Assembly: GCF_000281045.1 (NCBI RefSeq)
Contig: NW_008246111.1
Coordinates: forward strand, 428,569 to 492,568
DNA length: 64,000 nt
Reading direction: 5' to 3'
DNA from: Saprolegnia diclina VS20
Taxonomy: Eukaryota
Position numbers and translations under genes: made by a program. This document shows, one piece after another, positions 23,201 through 34,206 of this stretch; positions within the stretch are counted from its first letter, which is position 1, and each line of letters starts with the position of its first letter. Below the pieces are notes generated by a model. It did not search any database, had not been told where the DNA came from, and worked only from the letters and a program-made list of their open reading frames with translations.

Positions 23201-26200
23201 ATAGGACACTCCTCGCAATCTACAACGGCATCGATGGCTCTGGAGCTCGTATCGCTCCCGTGTCGTACCGGCGACGGCGTCACTGGCGTTTCGAACAGCC
23301 CCGCGCCCCGGGGGGCACTGCGTGGGGCGGCAAATCGAGTCGCCGTTCTACTTCGCTTCGCATCAAACTCAAACAATAGGAATGGCAGTACCGAGTAGGT
23401 GCCCAGCGGACACGGCTCGCAGTCGCCCGAGCTCTCAGTTGCAAAAGCTCCTTTCGGGCACGCCACCTGCGACAAGGCTCAGTCTAAACCAAGTCGACAA
23501 CTGGAGCGTACGGGGCGGCAGTGGGCGCCCCCGCCTTTCGACGTCATGCCGACGTTGCACGGGCGGCAGTCGGTCGCACTTGTGGCCTTGGCATTGGGCT
23601 CCCAGCCAATGTCGCACGTCGTCGGCAGACACTTGTTCGCTCCAGACGTGGCATACGTGCCCGACGGACACGCCGTGCAGCTACGCAGTAGACGGTTGCG
23701 TCTTTTCGACTGACGCTCACAGTGTACCTTGTGTCGTTTCCGAGGGACGTATATCCTGCAAGGCACTCGACGCAGTCTTGAGGTCCTTTGGCGCCCGAGT
23801 TACCTACGACATAGGTTTACGTCGACTTCGACGGCGCTGTGGGATACCAGTCGTGCCCGGGGCACACAGAATCGGAAAGCACTGAGCATCGTTCCCTGTC
23901 GAGTACGTGCCTATAACAAGTAGAAGACGGAGGCGTGAGGGTACTTCCACGTACCGTTGGCGCACGGAAGGCACGAATCAAGGTCGTGGAAGACCCCGAA
24001 TGCGCTCGACGCGGTGCCCGGGGCACAGGTCATTGCCACGCACGGCATTGCCAGCCCTTTCCCAAATGTGCCCGGCTGGCATGCTTGGCACTGCGTGGTG
24101 TTGGGTGGCAGCGAGTACCCCGGGGCGCACTCGGCAGGATGGCATGGATCCTGCCCACCCTCGGACAAGTATCCTACACAAGATTGCTGAGCACGCGGCT
24201 GGTGATGGAAGCTATCCAACCCAACGGACAAGCCGTGCAGTTGCCGATCGCGTCGTAGGCTCCCTGGACGACGTCAGGCGAAGTGGCGATGCTGCAGCAG
24301 TAGCTACCTTGGCGCTAGCTTGGTTGAGTGGGCACTGCGTCGGCTGGCAAGTTTGCGTGTTGCTAAAGAAGCCTTGGCCGCAAATGACGCAGTCGCGCTT
24401 GTGCTTGGCGCCAGTCTATAGAGGCATGCTACCACGTCCAGATGAGCACATCGGTGAGTGTACCTTGGCCTCCCATCCGAGCTCGCACGCAGTTGGTGTG
24501 CACGTGTTTGTTCCTATGCCGCCGAATATCGATATCGCTGTAGACGACCGATGCAGCGCACCCGCTGTTGCGTTCGAGTACGTCCCTCGCGGACACGGAG
24601 TGCACTCCGTCATGGTCCCCCCTACCTCTGATGAGCTCAAACCCAACGAAGCAATGCGCACCCAAATTGGTCGTGCCTTCAGGGCACGGAACACAGTCGG
24701 TCGCCATATCGGTCGCGCCCTGCGTGCTTGATGTAAGCGTTAGAAGCCCTCTTGGGACGGCTACCTTGGCTGGTGTGTGACCCGGGGCGCACTTCACCTT
24801 GCGGCAAGGAGCACCTATGCAATTGTGAATGCAAAGTACGTTCGTTCGGCTCGTACCGTGGCCTGGACTGAACGTGCCAATCTCGCATACTGCACACGAC
24901 TGTCCATCCTGCGTTGGTCCAGAGCCTGCCGTGCAGTTGGGCGCTCCGCAAAGCGCCGAGCCGCCAATGGAAGTCTGCAATGCCGGGCACGGACCGCAGT
25001 CGTCCGCCGACGTTGCGTTGGGCCTACGGTTGCCCGTTAGTCAAGTGCTGTACCCAGTCGAAAATCGCACGAGGCTTGGGTGCTCTTCGGGCACTGCGCG
25101 GGCTCACACGAAATCGACGTGTTGGGCGCGGAGAAGAACCCTAGGCCACAATCATATTTTGCACGCAAAATGCCGCGTCATACCGAGGCGGCAGCCAACG
25201 CAGTCGCCGTCGAAGCTTGCTTTCGTGTTTGGCTCGTTGCCTACGTCAAGGTGCCTCTTTCTCCTCTGGTGTGGACGACGCAGTACCGCCGGGGCACGTG
25301 AACGGGTGGCAGGCGTCCGTTTTCCCGTTCGAGAACGTGCCGAACGCACAGTCCAAGCAATCTACGCAGTGCTTGGCCTCTCGTGCGTAGGGACAAGCAC
25401 TTCGTACGGGCAACATCCTTGGCCAAGTCGGGGGCGTAGCTTCCGGGAGAACACTCAGCGGGGGCGCAAATGTCACTCTTCGCATAGGTGCCGGCGCGAC
25501 ACGGCGTGCACTTGGCCGCGTCTTTCCCAGCCGACACGTGTCTAGTACAGTCTCTCAGTACGACGATTTACTAGTTGCATGGTCGGACGCACCCAGAAGG
25601 GCAAGCCACGCAGTGGTCGGAGGCCGTAGTGGCGCCGTGCTTGGCGACCGTTCCGCTGGGGCACGTCGCCGGCGCACACATGACGTCGCCTAGTCGCATT
25701 CAGTGCCATGCTCCTTTATGTTAGGTCGGACCTCCGGGCGAGAACCACCCGAGCTTGCAAGGCAAGCAGTCGGTGGCATTCTTGGCGTCTACACCGCAGT
25801 ACCATTAGCCAATGTCAGTGTCGACGGTGTACGTACTTGCGCGGGGCTCGGTGCCTCCAAGGCATTGGACAGGATGACACTCTATGGAAGCGGCCATGAT
25901 GAGCTGCGATTTTGTGGCCGGTGCGAACCCGTGTCGAGACCCCCAAAGCTGTACGTTCCAGACGGACAAGGAACGCAGTCGCTGGATGATGTCAAATTAC
26001 CCGCCGGGCGCGATCTAGATGCGTTTGCTTGCTTAGCATGCCAACATCAACCAGAAATCGTACCCCGGTGCACACTGCACAAGATCGCAATGGCTGCTTT
26101 GGCCTGGCGCGTAGTGAAAAGGTGGGCATGCCACGCAGGGGGCGTCCGCGCCCATCGAGTACGTCAGCACAGGGCACGCCTTGCCTACAAATATATCGTT

Positions 26201-26698
26201 GCCATCTAGCTTCATGCAGTCCAAGTCGTGTACGTACATGAAGCAGTTGCGTCTTTGGCTCCGACGACCGTGCTCGCGGTACCCGGGGCACACGTCATGC
26301 GCTTGCACAACGAGACGTCGTTGGCTACGCAGGGTGAGTGTACACCAGCTGTGCACGCGATAGCGTACCAGCATTGTACCAACCAGCCACGCAGGGCAGG
26401 CAGTCGGACGCGTTGCGCGCGTGCGCGTTAGGTTCGAGGCCCGCGAGGCATGTCACGGGGTACTACGGTCACATGAGTCGGTGGTCGTTTCTCCCAGAGT
26501 ACGCACTTGGCACTGGGTCATGTCGCCGTCAGCCCACGAGCCAAACGCGCAGGGCACACATTGCTCGGCCGTCGCGTCGTAGACGTTGCCTACCGGGCAC
26601 GACGCGGCCTACGCGTCGGATGAGCCTACGCGGCGAGCGGGTGAAAGCGGTACCGCTGCGACCGCCAAGAAGGCGCTGAGGATCCACGGCAACTTCAT
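20246..26698 (-). CDS. Giant cysteine-rich (CxxCPxGxYS, GCC2/GCC3/ephrin-receptor-like repeat) type I membrane surface protein; many introns
   Basis: Exon 1 is the signal MKLPWILSAFLAVAA, followed by a GT..AG intron. Dozens of C..C.PG.(Y/F)S.G....C.P..C..G repeats are spread over short exons, then a Cys-free domain. After splicing, the end reads VGLGVAAISAFIGFVGL-RR plus a short tail to TAA at 20246-20248. Confidence 0.8.
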
Positions 26699-26876
26699 GT
26701 TCTGGGTCGTGGCTTCTCGAACAATGAGCGCTTGTTGTTCCCAGCGCACTTTCGTGTCAAAGCTTCGTTTCGAACAACGTGCGCGTCCGCGGCGCCAAGA
26801 TCGTTTGTCTTGATTATTGTATGCTCATACAAACCAAAGCATTAAATACTGACAAATCTCGGAGCCAAACGGTCGG

Positions 26877-27984
26877 ATGCGGATCACGTCGCAGCTACGG
26901 GGTCTGCACTCACGGCGCATGCTGCTGCTGCGCCTCGCCATGGCGCTGTCGTTTGTCATTTGTCTCTGGCGCAACGCTGCGAACGCACTCGCGCTCGACG
27001 ACGTCCGTCAGCGCCATCCCACCGTCATGGTCCTCCCCCGCGAAGCCGACCAGCTCTACTGGGTCGTGGTCTTTTTCCTCTTTGGCTTTATCGGGCGCGA
27101 GTGCATCGTGCCGTGCGCCGACTTGCCCCTTCCGCAGCTCGAAATTCTCTATACACTCACGAGTCTCGGGCTCGTGCTCCAAACCGTTTGCTTTGAAGCG
27201 GCGAGCGCCGACTGTATGGTCGTCGCCTTTGGTGCCATGTCGGCGCTCTGGCTGAGTATGTTTGCCGCCTACGTGCTCGTGCTCGAGAACGTCGAGCCGC
27301 CCCATGTGTTCGCAACCTTGTCGATTCACAAGGACGTGGGGTACCCGTGCCGCCGCGTCTCTGACTATCTCTGGATGCGTGTGCCCTTCACGCTGTACGC
27401 AAGGTGCAGCTTCGAATCGCAATGTATCAAGTTGACACTCGTCGTAGCTGGCTCGGCGCGACGACAATCGCGAGCCTTACGGTGGCGCTGGCGACCGTCG
27501 GCGTCCCGCTCGACATGTACATTTACATCAGCTGCTTTAGCACGCTGCTCATGGCCAACGTGGTTGCGCTGCTGTGGCAAGGCGACTTGGTCTTTGCATC
27601 GGTGGGCGCATGGGCATTCGTGTGGTACGTCATTGCATTGCTACGGCGGCTTTTACAGACGTTGTGCGCAGGCTCGAGATGAAATCCGCGGGTGAAAAGA
27701 CGCTGGTCGTCGCCAACAGCGACGAGTTTGCAGCCATTTCCGCCATCCAAGCCATGGTACGCAGCATCCTGGCACGATTCGTGGTCGAGACGCACCCTTC
27801 CAGGCCACGCTGGGTCTCTGCGTGCTCGTGTCGCTCGCCGTCATTCTTTTGCTCGTGCGCTTTTACGTGCGGTAGGCTCTGCACTGGATCGCTGGTTGCT
27901 GTACGGCATCGTAGGCGGACGACGCAAGCGCGTTCTCAGTTCAACGCACCTTACTACGGGTCGACATCCTCGACGCCCTGCTAG
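26877..27984 (+). CDS. Multi-pass membrane protein, paralogue B of 18503-19656; multi-exon
   Basis: LHSRRMLLLRLAMALSFVICLWRN, GRECIVP, DYLWMRVPFTLYA(SW)LGATT; same layout as paralogue A. Confidence 0.7.
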
Positions 27985-28084
27985 AGCCATGCCACGACCG
28001 ACATTCTATCTACCTTTTGGTGCGATGTCGCGGTAGTCGGCAGAGATAACGCAACCAACTGCATTCATTATGACGCGTTGGGTG

Positions 28085-28996
28085 TTAGTAGACTGAGTAG
28101 GCCGAGAAATCGAGCGGCAACGCTGCGTTGCACGTGGTGGAGAGCGCGCCGGAGCAGTCCTGCGGCGCACCAGCAACGAGTTCGGCATCGCCGCAGCTGT
28201 CCTTGGGCACAGCCTTGGACCAGCACGTGCGGACGGCGACAATGCGGTTGGTCGACTCGCCACTGACGGTAGAGCAGAGGACGTTGATCTTCTTGGTGTA
28301 GAGCTTCTGGACATCGTCGAGCGTCACGTTGGTCGCCGTCGACGCTGCCCAAGACGCCACCTGCTGCGTCGCGTCCGTCAGACGCACGTTGACGTCCAAG
28401 ACAGCGCGAAAGTACTGGGCCGCCGCGCGGTCGTAGTCGGCGCCGAACGCGCCAAAGCAGATGCCGTGCTTCTGGAACTCGTGGTTGTAGCCCTGGCAGA
28501 GACGCTCCGTGGCGTTGCCCACCGCGGGGTCGGTCCACTGCTCGGTCATGTCCTTGAACAGAGTCGGGAACTTGGTCGCAAACGTGGTTGCGTCAAACGG
28601 CTGATTCGGAATCGAGTCTGTGACGTTGCAGCACCCGGGGTAGCCGGCGTTGTAGTTGGGCCAGAGGCCGTGGATGAAGAGTTCCGACTTGACGGGCTTG
28701 GCACACGCAAGACCGCCCTTGGCGACGTTTTGGTGCGTGATCATCGAGTCGACGCCGTTGTCGAGGTCGCGACAGAACTGCGGCCCGTAGATCTGGTCGA
28801 AAACCATATAGTCGTAGTCGCCGGGGCGCTGGAGCTTGGTGTGGCAGTCGTCGGCGGGATTGAAACACCCCGGCTTCGGGTTCGAATTCTTGCAAATGTC
28901 GACGCACTGCTTGTGCGCGGGCTCGATGAAGCCGCCAAGGTAGTCGATGGCCGTCGCAGACGCGACGAGCGTCAAAGCAGCGAGCGTCTGCAGCAT
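28085..28996 (-). CDS. Secreted ribonuclease T2 family protein
   Basis: Signal MLQTLAALTLVASATA; CAS I FIHGLWP; CAS II YNHEFQKHGIC; intronless 303 aa. Confidence 0.92.
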   Translation of the reverse strand: MLQTLAALTLVASATAIDYLGGFIEPAHKQCVDICKNSNPKPGCFNPADDCHTKLQRPGDYDYMVFDQIYGPQFCRDLDNGVDSMITHQNVAKGGLACAKPVKSELFIHGLWPNYNAGYPGCCNVTDSIPNQPFDATTFATKFPTLFKDMTEQWTDPAVGNATERLCQGYNHEFQKHGICFGAFGADYDRAAAQYFRAVLDVNVRLTDATQQVASWAASTATNVTLDDVQKLYTKKINVLCSTVSGESTNRIVAVRTCWSKAVPKDSCGDAELVAGAPQDCSGALSTTCNAALPLDFSAYSVY

Positions 28997-29671
28997 GAGG
29001 TCGTTGCCGATTGGAAAATGAAGCTGGCGATGCGTCTAGCACCACTGATTGCGGACGGGCCGCTCTTGCGTCATGAGATCAATCTCCTGCCACATGTGTG
29101 TACTCACGCATACCCCAGTGTGTCTCTCCACTCGTTTGAAGAGCGCAGTGGGTGTGATGCCCCCAAAAGATATACAAGCGAGCTTTTGATTGGTGCATTC
29201 GATTTCGACCAACCAATCATACACGAGCTAAGATCGGATTGGTCCAAACGGCTCCGGCTTTTGATTTTCTCAAGCGACGTGGCAACGCTGCATGTTCACT
29301 TCGTGCACGCACAAGTACTGCGCAAACTACAGTACTCGATCTATGAGCTAGAGGTCTAGTACTGTTGAGTAACTATACAGTTGTAAGCACACCGTAAGCT
29401 TAGTGCGGTGCGAAAATGACTCCATAGCGCACCGCATTGCCGGCGACGGCGTTGTAGCTGTCTGAGGTCCCGAATCCCCAGCGGCCGTGTACGGGTTTTG
29501 TAGAATGGACTTGCTAGTCAGCAGCAGGTGCTAGCAAACTCTGAGGACCGTCTTTTGAAAAGATTTCTCCAGTCCGCCCTGGCCATTACCGCCAGCGCCA
29601 ACGCAATGTGATTATCGAATTCATACGAAAAAAGCGAGAAAAATCGTACGAAAGGACACGGTTGGCACCAA

Positions 29672-32600
29672 CTAGAGAAAGACGCGCCAGTCGGGCCCAT
29701 CGACCGCTGCGTTGCATGCTTTGCCATCGTCGTAGTGCTCGACAACGTCGTCTTCGCGGTCGGACTGATGGCCGACTTCGTCGCCGACGGGCGAGGCGCG
29801 GAAGCCGCCTTGCTTGACGCAATGGTCCAGCAATTCACCCCAGAACGGTTGTTGCGAGAGGAGACCTGGGTGACCGACGATGAGCAGCAGCGCCTTGGCC
29901 CGTGTCACAGCCACGTTGAAGAGCTTGGCGTCGCTCAGGATCGGGATTCTGGTCGCGTTCCGACGGCTCGGCGTGCGCACGAGCGACACGAGCACGATCT
30001 TGGCCTCTTGGCCCTGGAGGTTGTACACCGTGCCGACGTTCACGCCGCCGAAGTCGCGGTTGCGGAGCATGTGACGGATCTTGACGACCTGCCGGCGAAA
30101 CGGCGTCACGACTGCAATGTCGGCCGTCGTCACCGACACCGACGTCGACGTGACGAGCGATTCGACGAGTTGGACAATCTAGACTTCGCTCAGCGTACGC
30201 GGCACGGCCGTTTGTACCTTGAAGGCTTCGTCCAGGTTGGTGTACGAGTGCGCGTCGAGCTCCTTGTGCTGCGTTCCATGCACCGAGTGCCACACCATCG
30301 GAAAGTGGCCGCGACCGCCGAGCCCGTCCCACCTACGCGGCCCCGTTAGCTTGTCGCAGAGTGTGCATTGTGCGACTGGGTGAGCGCATGCGTTTTGGCA
30401 ATGTTGCCCGAGGCGACGAGTGCGCCGCGGTAAAAGAGGCGCGACGGCAGCTCCAGGAGCGCCGGGTGGGATCTGTAGTTGTGCTGCAGCATCGTAATGA
30501 ACTTGCCTCTCTGCGCGTTCCAGTTGTAGACGTTGGTCGGGTCGTTCACGAGCCGCTCCTATCTCTCGTCAAAATGCAAGCAAAACGAGCGGTGGACGTA
30601 CGAGCCAGGACGTGGCAAAGCCACTCGAAATCGCCGCCGGTGACCTCGGTTGCGGCCCCAACTGCCGCGGGTCGCCGACAAGAGTGACGTGGACACCGGG
30701 CGCGTACAGGAGCAGCGGCACCAGTGTCTACGTCGCAGATACCTCAACATTTGCTAGGATGGCCGCCGCACCTCGGCTTCGGTGGCCTGGCACGCTTCGT
30801 CAATGATGATGTCGCGAAAGTGACCTGGTGCCAGCCCCGCGATCGAGAGCACGCCCGAAGCACAGGTTGTCGTCACCACGACGCGGAACGCTGCGAGCGT
30901 CGTAAGCGGCGGCAGCGAGAAAATGTCGCCGCCCTCTGTAAAGCAGACGCCCAAGAGCTCGGCCGGCACTGACGCCATCTACCGCAGTCGTCACAAATCA
31001 TGGAGCACGTCAGTTTGCGTACGCTGCGGAAATGCCAGTTGAGTCGGAAGAGGGCTTTTGCGCCCAAGTGCAGGCGCAGGCGCGTGGCGAGAACGTCTGC
31101 GGCGGCGTCCGAGGGCGCAACGGCCAGCACCCGCGCGCTGGGGGACGTCGCCAGCAGTTGCAAGATCGTCTCAATGACCGTGACCGTCTTGCCCGTGCCT
31201 GGTGGACCAAAGATGATGTAGGGCGCGGCACCACTTGCGCGCGCGACGATGCGGGTGACGGCGCTCGTTTGGTGCTCGTTGAGCGTCGGGTTGTGCATCT
31301 CGAGCTTGGGATTGGCCGCGTGGTCGAGCGACTGTGGCGACGACGGGTGCAGCAGCGCAAACGCCTCGGTCGAGAGTTTACCCAGAGCGTAGTAGACCAT
31401 CTGGAACCCCAAGCGCTGGTACATGAAGCGCACTAGTTGCGACATCAGACACGAACAATAAGACTAAGAAATAATTGGACCGTGGAAGGGGCTCAGCTGG
31501 TACACGAGGTCCAAGTGCGCCCCATCTATGCGTCGCCGTGAGTGAGCGAGATGGCCCAAACAGAGACGTACCGCTGCTAATCGTTGGCACGACGAGCGTC
31601 ACGATCGAGGTGCGCAGCTCCGCGACGACGCCGACGATCTCTAGGTGGGCGAAGCCAGCGTGGTGGGGTCGCAGCCGCACTACGTCACGAAGTCCGACGA
31701 GAGGTCTGGCTTCGCGGATGCCAGGCACGTCGAGGGTGACAACCATCGCGTCACTGCGGTGGTGGCGGTGCGCCTTGGGTACGCGGAGCCGAACGTCCTA
31801 AACAGCAATGAGAACGAGCTTGGGACAGCAGCGGCGCAAACATGGAGATCGTAGACGGTGGCGTCGTGGTGCATTTGCATCTCTTCGAGTTGGATGCAAG
31901 TATGCTGCTTGAACACGTACGGATCCAGCTGCTGCAACATGGCAGGTTGCATCATCTCGACGGTGCGGAGCACCATCGCCGGCACGGACGGCGTAGCAGC
32001 GTAGTCGAGCTCAATGGACTTCACGAGCTTCGAGAGCGCTGACGTCAACGGCCACGCCGTCTCGGGCAGCGACGCAACGACGGCAGGAGACGAACTGAAC
32101 GCCTGGCGCCACCCAAGCGGCACAAAGGCGCTGGCTTCGGCGTCCAGGGACGACTCGACGTCGCCGACCCGCGCCGGCACAAGCCGCAGCGGGTGGAGCA
32201 GGACAAACGAGTGGGTCGTGAATTGCACGAGGTTGCCGACGCCCGGGAACTGAAAGATGAGCACGAGGTACGTCTCGATCGGCGCCGACGTCGGGAGCTT
32301 GCGCTCGTTGTTGTGGTGCAAGCCAATCTACATACGAGTCGTCGATACTAGCCACACGTTAGGCGTGTACCCGCAGCCGAAGCGGCGCGCCCGAGAGCGA
32401 GATGGGCGTTGAAAGCGCAACGTTGAAGATGTCGGCGTGGTCCAGAACCCGGGCGGACGCAAGCGAAATCGGAAACTCGCCCGTGTTGCAGAGCGTGAGG
32501 TACTCCACCACGTCGCAACCACGCACGATCGACTTGGCGGACGTCGTCCTACGCATCACGCTCCATCACGCAGACTTTCGTCGCCAAGGCGTACGCAGTG

Positions 32601-32804
32601 CCAAGGTCAATGTAGCCAAACTGCGTCAACGACGCGCTGCGCGTGATGCCAAACTTGTCGCACGTGAGCTGCTCAAGGAGCTCGGGCATCTTGAGCGCAG
32701 ACCGGAGCTCCTCATGCCACTTGGGCGGCGCGACCGGCTCGACCTACGCAACATCGTCGTCGTCGGCTGGGCCGCGTGGTCGGAGGGCGTACCGCATGAA
32801 GCAT
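29672..32804 (-). CDS. UPF1-like SF1 RNA helicase, MOV10/SDE3/Armitage-like; multi-exon
   Basis: VPGIREARPLV, LNEHQTSAV, PYIIFGPPGTGKT, APSDAAAD, IIIDEACQATEAE, VGDPRQLGP, NYRSHPALL.LPSRLFY, VTPFRRQV, QGQE and FNVAVTRAK. The start (MLHA plus intron) is inferred. Confidence 0.88.
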
Positions 32805-33483
32805 ACCGGCGGTGCGAAAATATGGAATCCGCCGACGAGGACTGACTGGGAAGGACGAGAAAGCAGCCAATGAGGTCTGGACGATGGGCAAGGATAAAAA
32901 CACCCGGATTTGTGTGCTAAGTCGGCGCTGTTCGGCGGCTTCTCTATAGAAAAAGTGAGTGGATTTAGATGCAACATACTTTTTGGACAGAACGCTCGAA
33001 GTGGCTTGTGGAGCACGACGAGGTCGTCCTACGAACTGCCACGTCATCGATGGGAGCGTCAGCACAAAATATGAGACTTCGAAAGCTTGTTGGCTTCTCC
33101 GACGACTCCCTCAATCAAGCTTTGGACCGTTGATCAAAGGGCCCAGGATCATCGTCGCTCAACTAGATGGTAGCAGGCTTGCCAGAGTGTCAGTAGCATC
33201 CGAGGTGACCAACAGCACGTGGATCGTCGCGCAGCTAAAGACCCACCCACGTAGGATCCGCGGTCTGCGTCCATGCAACGGTAGTGGTGTCCTCTTGGGC
33301 AACGTATCTGCGCTCGCTATTCGTCCTGGACCCTGTGAGCGTGAGTCTGGAAGACATGGCAGACGCTGTGGCCGTGCGGGACGCATGCAACGCGGGGCGT
33401 GTCCTCCAAGCAGCACGGTGCATATTATCTAGCGGTTATTTATGCGTGTGCGCCGGCGGCGAATCTAATAAGTTCTACCCTCC

Positions 33484-33834
33484 TTATGCGACGACCGCCC
33501 AGTCGCGCTTCAGGACGCCATCGACACGACGCTCCTTGCTATACACAACTCTACCGTGAGCGAGAGGCAAGTAAGGCCCTCGTACGTACCCTTCGCTGAC
33601 GCCGCGAAAGACCTTGATGCCGTAGGCCTTGCCGTGCTTGAGGTCCTGCGACGGCGCAACGCGCGTGATCTCGACGTAGGACGAGGCTTCCGCCGTCTAC
33701 ACGATGCATGAGCCTCCTGCACATGCATGCTCGGAGGGCGTCTCTACCTCGAAGCGCTTCCAGATCCCGCGGGTGACCTTCTGGCCGACGCCAAAGTTGC
33801 GCTTGCTGCAGATCGCTTGGAACAAGTTGGCCAT
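33484..33834 (-). CDS. MRPS34: Mitochondrial ribosomal protein mS34-like (3 exons)
   Basis: Spliced protein MANLFQAICSKRNFGVGQKVTRGIWKRFE/TAEASSYVEITRVAPSQDLKHGKAYGIKVFRGVSEG/VVYSKERRVDGVLKRDW matches the mS34 pattern (N.GVG..V.R..W, HGKA.G...FRG). Confidence 0.7.
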
Positions 33835-34206
33835 GCTTGGAAATGATGATGACTGGTGTTTGGTCGATCAGCGATGCTGCGATCTGGATTGGCTGAAATT
33901 GGGCGGAATGGCTATCGTGATTGGCTTAATATTCAAAAACACAGCGAATAGAAATGCAGTATATCAGATTACAGCCGACCAGATAATGGCCGATTGTACA
34001 GGCAGGCTCCAAATGCATAATACACCACGGTACATCGATCACCATGCAGTGAGCTTGGCCATTCTGCAGCCTCTTCCTTGCAGCACCCTATGCATAAATA
34101 TGGGTCGCTCGCTTCTCGTTCGGAAGCGACTCGTTAGGCGGTGCGGCACCAGCGGTACTCAAGTGAAATGCGTTTATAAACCGAATAAAAATGAACCTGG
34201 GGGAGT

